Assembly: GCA_951406725.2 (NCBI GenBank)
Contig: OX597818.1
Location: forward strand, 23,808,001 to 23,872,000
Source: Octopus vulgaris
Lineage: Eukaryota
DNA: 64,000 bases
Direction: 5' to 3'
Part shown: one piece after another, positions 53,370-64,000 of the stretch
Position numbering within the stretch: position 1 is the first letter of the stretch
Layout: every line of letters starts with the position of its first letter
The notes under the pieces: model-generated
Told to the model about the DNA's origin: nothing
Database searches by the model: none
What the model saw: the letters and a program-made list of their open reading frames with translations, nothing else
Translations under genes and position numbers: made by a program

Positions 53370-54235
53370 AGACAGATAGATAACTTTCTTTATTGGCCAC
53401 ACAGGGCTGAACACAGCGGGGGCAAATACAAAATTGTAGAGCTTTACTTTTTGAAAATGGAAAAAAAAAGAGAAAAAAGTAAAATTCCAATCAAAGGGGA
53501 TCGGGGGGAAAAAAGGTGATCAAAAAGGATGTACAGAAGAAATTTTTTAAAAATAAGAAGCAAGATTAGGTTTATCAGTGGGAAGAAAAGCCTATGGAAA
53601 AGACCACAGTAACCTCAGGCAGGGTGGAAATAAACATGAGAGCAAAGTGCTCTCTCTCTCTCTTTCTTTTTACGATTTACAGGATCATGCTCAAAGTGGT
53701 TTCGTCGCTCGCATGCACCATCTTTGCTACATTCACCCACCTCTTTTTGAAACATTCACGAGACAAAACCTGCCTCTCCATTCTCACCTTCCTTTTCAAG
53801 TAGTACTTGAAAAAGTTGATCGATTGGCCAGAGACATAAGTGTTTGTCTCTAATCCTTTTGCTTGAGTCCACCACACACATTCTTTCGCCATGGCCACCA
53901 GTACAATGAAGACTGCCTTGCCTTCCCAACTGAGGGAAGGTGGCAGAGCAATTGTCATGATAGACTCGGCCGACAGGCGGACTCATCCCACACATGCCAA
54001 CAGCCGTTCGGGCATAAGCCCACAGGTCTGAAATGGTTGGACACCGCACGAGTGCGTGCAGAACAGTTCCATTACTCTGACCGTATCTCGGCAAGTCGGT
54101 CCAATGTGTCTTGGACCGTGCCTGTAAAGCTAATCCCGAACAGGTAATGCTTCTTGATAGCACTGCCAGGCCAGAGATCTTTGGTGATTGTCCATAGGTC
54201 CCGGCCCGAAAGTTGTCCTGAAATAGATGCATTTA
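53370..54235 (-). mobile_element. L1/Tx1-like LINE 3' end
   Basis: Zinc-knuckle remnant TVLHALVRCPTISDLWAY, AMAKECVWWT, 3' aataa tail running into a (TAGA)n repeat. Confidence 0.7.
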
Positions 54236-54599
54236 ATTTATGAGGCGTTTGTTGGGGTCTAATGTCACTCAAATGCTCCAATACCCCCGCAGAATGCAAA
54301 AGGACTAATAGTTCAACTAATGACTTTTCAGATGATGTAAAACTTGCTACCATTATATACTAAGAAGATATCTTAACTACTTTTCGTTTTTGTGTGCATG
54401 GTAGTCTCATTTTCATAAAATGTGCTCAGCAGCCCATGCTGTGTAAGTGCAAATCCCAGCGCTTTATGGGTTAATGAAATTCCAGCCTTAAAGACAAATT
54501 ATAGAATGGTAAAAATCAGACTAAATAATATTATTGAATAAATTACATATATTTTAAATATCTTGAAATTGAGCAATATTTTCGATAATATTTGGCAGC

Positions 54600-56000
54600 T
54601 TCAAATAGGGAGATAAATGCAATTTAGCTTGGCGAAATCGCTCCAGCATTTAATTATCGTACACTTTAAGCAGTCAACTACTTCATTAAGAATATTTTCT
54701 AGTGCCATAGACAATTTGTCCATAGCTTTTCTGAAAGTGAACAAAGATTTACAGGTATTTTACGTACTATATGTATCTTTAGATAAACAATATCTAGAAG
54801 ATTAGTGTGCAGTGATTATTGATAAAAACATTCACTTTTTTACTTCTTTGAAATAAGAAATAAAAGAATTATTTACAATGCAACACACACACACATAGTA
54901 TATTATATTGGCGAAGTTTCGCATGTCGTAGATCAGATTTCCGTCGATTTCCGTAAAAAACTTTTATTTTTTTACATAAGTAATGAGAGCGAAAGAGACT
55001 AAGAGGAAGCGATTTTACGACGAGAAGGTTTCACTTTGAAGTCGGCCTGTGTGTGTTTGATGGGGTGTGGGAGACAGACAGTATGTTGTGTAAGTGAAGT
55101 GCTTCTGTTAGTGTGTGCGAAGAGACAGAGAGAGTAATGTGTGAAAGAGAGAGATAACTGATTTTTTACTCGGTGTATGTGTATATGTATGTATGCATGT
55201 ATGTGTGTGTGTGTGTATGTATCTATGTATGTGTGTGTGTGTAAGTATGTGTGTGTGTATGTATGTATGTATGGCCGATTCATCGTAATTTTTTACTCGG
55301 TGTATGTGTATATGTATGTCTGCATGTATGTGTGTGTGTATGTATCTATGTGTGTGTGTAAGTATGTGTGTGTGTATGTATGTATGTATGTGTGTGTGTG
55401 TATGTATCTATGTATATGTGTGTGTGTATGTATGTATGTATGGCCGATTCATAATTTTTTACTCGGTGTATGTGTATATGTATGTCTGTCTCGTATATTA
55501 TATATATAGTCGGATTCGATAGGAATAGTTTAAGGAAACAAGCCATTTGGAATAAGTACAGAGAGTGTATACAACATGGGGAAATAGCGAAATTAGAAAC
55601 AAGCACTGAAAAGAAAACATCAAATACAAGAATAATAACTAAAAGAACTACTGAAAATTTATCTAATAAACCCTTATTTACAATAATAACAAACAACAAT
55701 ATTATTTTCATTGGGTAGGCAGATTAACTAAAATATGTAATGACACTGTTGTTTACCAAACATTAGTATGGTACGAATAGGAACATTGCCGGGAGGGATA
55801 ATGTTAATATACCTTCAATTAAATCTATTGTTAATCGAAAACTAAATATTTACCGATAGATAAAACAAGTTCTCAAATACGACCGTAATTTTCAGGTTTG
55901 AAGAGGTGAAGTGTTTAGTCGACAAGACAAAACACCAAACCGTATCAAAAAGTAAAACCTATGCAAGGGAGACTACTGTGGTTATTTTAAACAACTCTTC
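54600..56000. promoter_or_regulatory. putative unmethylated promoter region of the SNAPC2-like gene (possibly bidirectional)
   Basis: Non-repeat sequence retaining many CpGs between two CpG-depleted domains, ~4 kb upstream of the ATG exon, which has its own splice acceptor. Confidence 0.4.
55161..55490. repeat. three tandem units beginning attttttactcggtgtatgtgtatatgtatgt, with embedded microsatellite
   Basis: Units at ~55161, 55288 and 55454; two end in ggccgattcat. Confidence 0.8.
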
Positions 56001-56118
56001 ACTTAATCATTGATTTCGAGTTATTTTTATTTTATTTTTTATTTTGTTTCAGTCAGTGGCTTGAAAAGCACTGTCTTGAAAAGTTTTAATCGGACAAATC
56101 TACCCCATTATTTACATT

Positions 56119-56591
56119 GGAAAGACTTCCTCCCGCCCCCACCCCATTTTCTCTCAAATTATTTTTTATATATTTTTTTCTGATAAAATATCCCGTTTTC
56201 GGATACGGAGATTCCAGAAAATTGACAAAAATCGGTATTTTGAAATGTTTGCCCCCTCCTTCCTCCTCCCCTCCCCCAAATTTCTTCCTTTCTTACTTTT
56301 TTCCCAAGTCCTAAAAACTTAACCCTAAAACTCTAACGATAACCCTAACTATAAAAATTTTTGGAAATTTTTTCAGAATCTCTGTATTTTTCCACATATT
56401 TTGAAAAAAAAATATCTGAAAAAGTTAACAATGAAGAAATGGGGGAGGGGGGAATTTCCAAATGACGATTCTTGCCAATTTTTTTTTGCAGATTCGTATT
56501 CTTCGTAGCTGAAAACGGGGGTTTGTGTAGAAAAAGAAATTAAATTTTTAAAAGGGGCGTTTTGGGGATGGGTACAAAAGGAAGTCTTGCC
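56119..56591. mobile_element. fold-back MITE with GG...CC ends and central degenerate CCCTAA tract
   Basis: ggaaagacttcct ... aggaagtcttgcc with long imperfect inverted arms; TSD only partly conserved. Confidence 0.55.
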
Positions 56592-57506
56592 TTTATTTAT
56601 TTTTATTTTTTAGTTTGATATTTATTGTATCAGTTCTTTTTGCCAAACCGCTATCTTACCTGGAGGTAAACAAACCAAAATGTGTGTGTGTGTGTGGCAA
56701 AATTACTTTGGACAACCTGAGGACATAGAGATTGCATTGCATAAGTTGCTACATAGTTGGACTGCCAGATCAATTTAATAAAAAGTAACTCAAAACTTTC
56801 AAAATGTCATAGATTATGTTTTTAAAAATAGCCCAAAATGAAAATTTTACTAGCATATATATATATATATAATGGAGAAAGCAATTATTAAAGGGTTGAC
56901 TTTGGAAATATTTTTATAAATTCATGTTCTAAGAAATTTCCAATAATTTTGAATTCTCAAGTTTATTGAATTTTTTTAACTCCAATTTCTCGCAAATTTA
57001 AATATTTATTGCATTCACTGCAAAGTATTCCCTTTTCATTTGCAAAGTCTCTCATTTTGTCTTTTAAGTTTTAATTCATTATTTAGAAACCCAACAGGTT
57101 ATTTTATTAATGTATACATAATGTAAAAACATTTATTGAATGTAAATTTTTTACAATACCCATATAATTTTTGAACACAGGATAGCTGTGAGAAGATGAG
57201 AAGGAAAAAAAGTTACCAACAACTACTTGAAATTTGCACCTTATTCAGTTTCCAAACACTGTGTACCACTAAGCTAATATATGCACAAACAAGTTGCACA
57301 AGTGATTTCAACAATGACACACACACACACTCATGCACATAGATACACATACACACAAATGAAAGGCAATAAATGTGTGTGTGTATGCTCACTGACAAAA
57401 CTTCTTGCGGTATCACTTTTGTGAAGTTTTGTCAGTGAACAGGTTGTGGTTTCAAAGCAACAAAAATATTTTGACACAAATGAAATTTCATTGTTGAAAT
57501 GAAACT

Positions 57507-57699
57507 GGTAATACTAAAGTACAGAGGTCCCTTAATGGTGCTTCTTAAATACAGGTGTTACATACAAAACATTTTAAATGTACGCTGTGTGGACATGTAA
57601 TGACACCCTAGCCTTAGCCCTAACCCTAACCCTAAAAACTAACTTTCCCCTTCATATTGTTACATAGATGCATCGGAACCTCTGTATTTAAGTAGCACC
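57507..57699. mobile_element. Merlin-like MITE family B with central telomere-like tract
   Basis: GG...CC ends, TSD atgaaact (57499-57506 / 57700-57707), terminal motif repeated at 57537, internal ccctaaccctaaccctaa. Confidence 0.75.
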
Positions 57700-58846
57700 A
57701 TGAAACTAATGGTTTTCGTGTTTTCTTGAATGGCTTACAAACTTCTTCCATGCTGCAATTGTTTTTGTTTCAGCAGACGACCTCAGATCAAGTCACTTGC
57801 AATGCAAGTATATCTCTGTCATTTTTTAAATCACTGTGGATAAATGCCAGCAATAACCATCTTAAGCTCTCCAATATTTTAATTTCTAAACAGAAACAAG
57901 CAGGGACAGTGAGTAAAAGGGTTGCAAAAAATTCATAATCTCTCAAATTTTCCTTTTTTATAGCTTATAAATGTATTTATAAGAAAAAAAATATTCTTTG
58001 CTACTCTAGGCACAAGGCCCGAAATTTTGGGGGAAGGGGCCAGTCAATTAGATCAATCCAGTATGCATCTGGTACTTAATTTATTGACCCCAAAAGGATG
58101 AAAGGCAAAGTTGACCTTGACAGAATTATGGGGAAAAAATATTGAAAAACATCAAATACATGCAAGAGTGATAGAGAAATGAGGAGGGTTGTCTTCGAAT
58201 GTGCTAGAAACAACAGCCAAATCGCCCTCACTTTTCTCTCTGCAAATATTGACAATTTTTGGGGGTTTTTTTTACCAAAAATGCTCTTCCCATGGTTTTG
58301 AAATGCAAAAAAATATTAGCCAAAATAGGTTGGGAGAGGGACGATGAGGAGGGTGTAAAAAAAAGAGCTTTCAAAACATCTTTTATACAAAGATGCCCCC
58401 CTCAACCCCATCATTTTGAAGGCTGTGGCTTAAAAAAAATGGGGAAAATCCCCGAAAAGTTTTCCCTACAAATTTCTTTATAATTGTAATCTATGCTGTT
58501 TGAAAGGGATTTGTATAAACTTTCATTAAACGATACCCATCTTCCTGAAAGTTATGAGAGAAAAAATTCAAATCATGTGAATTTTCTGAAACTCCTCTCT
58601 TCACCCCCTCGGAAAAATTCTTTCTCATAAATCTGTATATACTCTGAAGCCACAACATCAAAGTGGTATTTGTTGAACATTTTGTTAAAAAGTATCCATT
58701 TTTCTGAATGTTATGAGGCAACAAAGTCGTGGTGGGGCGTATACATCTGTAGTAATGCCCTTTTATTTATATGACTTTTTTCATTTCTTGTTTATTTCAT
58801 TCCACATATGCAATGTCCCCCCCTCTCTCTCTCTCTTTCTCTCTCG

Positions 58847-58891
<45 letters not shown>

Positions 58892-60962
58892 ACACACCCT
58901 GCAAAATTTGCAGATGGGCTGCTGAATTGAAATCTCTATGTTGCTTTGAGGGAAAGGTAAAACTTGACAAACTGCTTTCCCCTTCTGTAGTTGGACTACC
59001 GTGATGTTTGTTTAAAAAAGAGAGATTATAACTGTGATAAAATAATAAAAGCAATATTTACTAAGCAAGTGAGCACTACTATACAAAGAAATAATTAGAT
59101 GTAAAATATAAAAATTATTAGAATTGGGTATCAAATGTGAAAATATCATCAAGGGGCTAGCAGAAAACTGCCCGAAGGGTGGTCTTTCTGCTAGTATATA
59201 CTATAATGGAGAAAGCTGCTTATTAATTCGGTATGTAACAATTATTAATAGTACTAAAGAGAAAGTAATATTAAAAGCTTGACCATCTGGAAATATTTTT
59301 ATAAATTCATGTTCTAAGAAATTTCCTATGATTTCGATTTCTGAAGTTTATTGAATTTTTTTTAACACCAAATTCTCACAAATTGCATTCACTGCATCCA
59401 GTTCTTCATAAATTTAAATATTCATTGCATTCACTGTGGAGTAGACTTTTATGTTTAATAATAAACAATATTAATTCATTGAAGGCAACATTTCACATTT
59501 TTATTTGGAACAGTCTCTCATTCTCTCTTACCATTATTTTCATTAATGATAATTTAATAATACCTATATAACTTTGATATGAGGCACAATTTCAAGACCA
59601 TTATCAGTTTCCACAGTTCGTTAAATGAATATTTTTGATAAAAGAAAAATTTTTTAATATACTGGTATAATTTTTAAGTGAGTTTGTGTTGAAGGAATGC
59701 ATGCTGTCACACAAAATAGCTGTATAACTTTGATACAAGGCACAATTTCAAGAATATTATCAGTTTCCGGAGTTTGTTAAATGAATATTTTGATAAAATG
59801 AAAATTCTTTACTATACTGGTATAATTTCTCACAGCACCAAACTTGTGTGTGTGTGGGGGGGGGTGTTTGTGTCCATTCATCTATCTATCTATGCACACC
59901 TATGTAAGTTCTACCAACTATTAATGATAAGTATATATAACAGATTGACTCAGCTATATATCTACATATAAATTTCTGTAATGTCCATTAGTTAGTCACA
60001 CCCTCCATAATAGCCATATTATAGGTTTGACTCTCTGGAAAATTTTAATAAATTTCCCTGTTTATATGTATTAATAAAAAGCACTTTCGAAGCATCTGTT
60101 ATTATTTACCACCACAAATTTAAATATTTGTTGCCAAGCTTTACATTCACTGCAGAGTAGGTTTCAACATTTGATAAACAATAATATGTTCTGGCAAGAT
60201 TTTTCGTTTTCATTTGCAACACAGTCTCTCACTTTCTCTTTCTCCAGCCTCTAATTGTTTTCATTAATGATAATTTACTTAATACATATTCATTGCAATT
60301 TTTTTATTTCAAGTTTTATTTCATTATTTCAGATGAGCAAATCAGGTATTTTGTTGACTTAAACTCACTGTGTAAATGCCCTCAATTTATTGTTTACACA
60401 TACTGAAAATAAATTATATTGGACAACTTATTAAAACTTACTGAACCTTCGAACTCATGTGACTTATTACCTTTCTGTCATTATCTAAGAATTAGCAAGT
60501 GAATTTGTCGCTATGGCTATTTGATAAGCTTTAGGTATTAAAATATCTCTATGTGATCACTGCTATTTTTCTGTACATTAAACATAGCTTGATGCTTGTT
60601 TAAAAAAGAGAGATTATGACTGTGATAAAATAATGAAAGCAATATTTATTAAGCAAGTGAGCACTGTTCTGTTTGGTTACATTTTCTATTGCTGATTCGC
60701 CTAGGTTCAACCTCTTTTGGCATTGGAACATCAAACAAGTCATAACAAACTTCCATCAATATTTCTTCTCTTTCTTCGGTATGTTTTGTCTTCAACTGGT
60801 TCAAATGTCATTTGTGCTCTCCTATTTGACCCTTCATTATGTACATCATACTACCTATTCTTTTCATCACTATATTCCATTCTTATATATTTTGAAATGA
60901 ACCCTATCTCCCACATTAAAATACTTTGTTGTGTTTCTTGGGTTTTCCCTGTAAGTTTTTTG

Positions 60963-61004
60963 GGATCTTTTCGGTTTGAACGGCAGTTCAAACCGAAAAG
61001 ATCC
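60963..61004. mobile_element. Merlin-like MITE family A, collapsed 42-bp copy
   Basis: ggatcttttcggtttgaac-ggca-gttcaaaccgaaaagatcc with perfect TSD gttttttg on both sides. Confidence 0.9.
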
Positions 61005-61249
61005 GTTTTTTGTAGGTAACAATTTATCAAAAATTGATTTTATCTTCTAGACAAACAGCTTTATGGGTGACTTGCCTGAACAGGTATTCAGGTTAAGTGT
61101 TACTCTGTGAGCCTCTAAGAATTGGGTTAGTGCTGCACCATTGCCTAATTCATTTCCTGTTTCTTTTTTTTAGTGCTTACTTAAATGTGTCAACGAACCT
61201 TTCTGCTTGCCCATTTATTCTTGGGCGAAGTAGAGATGTGATTGATTGC

Positions 61250-64000
61250 ATACCTCTCACAGAAATTTTTTAATTCATATACCAAAAACTGCATTCTGTT
61301 ATCTGATACTATGGTGCCCAAGACATTGCATCAAGCAAAAAGTTCATGAAGGAACCTTATTGTTACCTTTGAGGTTGGTTGGCTGCATTTACATATCTCC
61401 AGCCACTTGGTATAGCTGTCTACTATGATCAGATAATACATACCATTTATCAGTCCAACAAAATCCATATGTAGCCTGGATCACAGATTGTCTGTCTTAG
61501 ACCACAATTGGAATTTCACCGGTGGTGACTTTGCTGTGAGAGCACAACCTCTGCAGAATTTCCCCAATTGTTCACTATCACGGTCATAGTAGGCCAATAC
61601 ACATAACCCCATATTACTGATTTCGTTCTTGAAATCCCTGGGTGTCTCATATGAAATTCATTTAACACATGCTTTTGTAGTGCGACTGGCACTACAGCTC
61701 TTTGACCGTACATCACATTATCACAAAGAGAAAAATGGTTTGCATTTGTGTTATGCATACTTTTATTTTCTTGTACCTTCAATGTTTCTTCCATCTTTGC
61801 AATGAATTTGTCATTCTCTTACTTTAATTCTATATCTTGAACAGTTACTGGCAGATCCTGAGAGACATTACACAAAATGTTTTTTATTTCATTTTTCACT
61901 CACAACATGGCAATCAGAGTACTTTCAAATATTGGGTTGTCCAGAAAGTTTGTGCCAATTTATAGTAGCTTACCTTTCCACTTATTTTAGAACATGGTTG
62001 AGTCCATAAAATAGGATTTGACTACACCTCCATTTAGAGCACAGTTTAAGCTATCTTTTCGTGGAAGAAGGGTTACATTCCTATAACCTGTGTTAATTCT
62101 GTAACCCTTTAAAATGGAAGATAAGAAAGTTCATTTTCAGTACTTGATGCTTTTCTTTTTCTGTAAAATGAAAAATGCCTCACAAGTAACCAAAGAAATA
62201 TGCGCAGTTTACAGTGATGTTTCTATATCCGAAAGAACCATAAGGAAGTGGTTTGCAAGGTTCCGAGCTGGAGATTGTAGCTTTATTGATAAAGAGCAAT
62301 CAGACAGACCATCCAATACAGATGATGACCAAATCAAGTCATTAATTGAGAATAACCCACACTGCACAACATGAGAATTGGCAGAAAGACTCAACCTATC
62401 AAAATCCATCATTCATGAGCACCTGGTAAAGCTTGGGTACACAAATCGTTATGATTTTTGGATACCACATGAGTTGAGTGAGAAGAACCTTTTGGATCAC
62501 ATTTCCATCTGTGATTTGCTTTATAAATGGAATGAAAAAGCACCTTTTTTAAAGCAAATTGTGACAGGTGATGAGAAATGGATTATCTACCGAAATGTTC
62601 AGAGAAACTGATCTTGGAGTAAGCAACATGAGCCACCCTTAGCCACCCCAAAAGCGAATCTTCACCCTAAAAAAGTCTTGCTTTGTGTCTGGTGGGATTG
62701 GAAAGGAATTCTGTACTATGAGCTTTCCACTTATTCAGGTCTCTGCAGAATAGTCTAATGGTAAAAATTTCAATTCCATGGATGACGTAAAAAGATACCT
62801 TGATGAATTCTTGCCGTGAAACCACCTCAATTCTGGGAAGTGGGTATTTTTAAGTTAAAGGAAAGATAGAGATGCATTGTACAACAAAATGGTTCATATT
62901 TGGTTGATTAAAAATGTAATGGCAAATATTTATTGACCTTTTTCTTTCCTTTAAAAATTGGCATGAACTTTCTGGACAACCCAATAGTTCTGTATTTTTT
63001 GGAATTAGCCTTGATACACAATCCACAAGGTCTAACCTCTTGGAAGGTATATACTCCATCTTAAAGTCGTAAGAAACCCATTTGCATTGAATGAAACCCA
63101 TTTGCAGTAAGGGTAGGAATTCCTTTTTTGACCCCAAAATTGATGATAATGGTCAGTGATCAGTTTGTAGCCGAAAACTTCTACCATGCAAAAATCTGTG
63201 AAATTTCTTCACAGCAAAAACGATTGCAAGAGCTTCTTTCTTTATTTGACTATAGTTTTTTTTTCTACAGCTATCAGAGAAAGTGAGGCATGAACCACCA
63301 CCTTCATATTACCATCTTTATATTTGTGTAGCATTACTATTCCTATGCCGTATTCAGGAGCGTCAGAAGCTACAACAATCACCACAGTAGGGTTGAAATG
63401 AACCAGTGCCAAATCCGATATTAATATTTTTTTTTAATATCATCAAATGCCTTTTGACAATTATTTGACCAATTCTACTTTACATCCTTTTCTAGCAAAT
63501 TATTTAGTGGAGCTTTCAGTTCATGCATATTTGGTATATAATTTTGGTAATAATTCGCTAGACCTAGAAAAGCTTGTAAGGTCATTATACTAGTTGGAGG
63601 CATATTTTTAATTGGGTTTGCCCTCAATGGGTCCAGTCGTCATCTATTCCTGTCGATAATTTGTCCTAAATACTTAATTTTAAGTAAGAAAAATTCACAT
63701 TTTTCCTCACTCAATGTGAAACTGTAATCCCTTATTTTTTGAAAAACACATTTTACATGTTTGACATGCTGATCATGAGATTCACTTTTAATTAATATAT
63801 CATTCAGGTATGGAATTGTGAATTCACAATCTGCTAACATTGCATCCATAACCTGTTGAAAAATTGCAGATGCAACCTGTAGACCAAATGGTAATCTGTT
63901 ATATTTATATAGTCTTTTATGGGTATTTCACTGTTAGATATTCTAAGTATTCTTCGTCTACTCTAATTTGTAAGTACACATCGGAGAGGTCCAATTTAGA
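61250..64000 (-). mobile_element. degenerate Ty3/Gypsy pol (RT-RNase H-integrase zinc finger), split by the mariner; runs off the window end
   Basis: PYLNDILI...KCEF...IKYLGQII (RT), VVASDAPEYGIG (RNase H), HPGISRTKS..GYVYWP (integrase H2C2). Confidence 0.88.
61932..62984 (+). mobile_element. mariner transposon with pseudogenised transposase (62114 to ~62910), nested in a Gypsy pol
   Basis: TA TSD and TIRs; WIPHELSEKN and IVTGDEKW motifs; stop codons and an internal deletion. Confidence 0.92.

Overview
AT-rich, repeat-dense eukaryotic genomic DNA, very probably an octopus (coleoid cephalopod), inferred from the SINE families and a GC-rich expanded 18S fragment. Most ORFs in the track are microsatellite or transposon noise. 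One real protein-coding gene can be assembled by hand on the minus strand: a SNAPC2 (SNAP45)-like gene with 7 phase-compatible GT-AG coding exons from 50635 to 26790 (410 aa), plus a candidate alternative terminal exon. The rest is transposable elements and their remnants: Merlin-like GG...CC MITEs with 8-bp TSDs (several carrying TTAGGG-like tracts, one collapsed to a 42-bp hairpin), piggyBac, two mariners, Tigger/Tc1 MITEs, a Helitron fragment, Penelope-like remnants with four minimal hammerhead-ribozyme motifs, Hero, R4, RTE and Tx1 LINE pieces, Copia and Gypsy remnants, and many tRNA-derived SINEs. A recent-looking 18S rRNA fragment sits in a SNAPC2 intron. CpG decay in the repeats divides the window into apparent unmethylated and methylated domains. 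All family assignments come from recalled motifs, not database searches. I cannot claim a wholly new biological system; the best leads are listed under findings.
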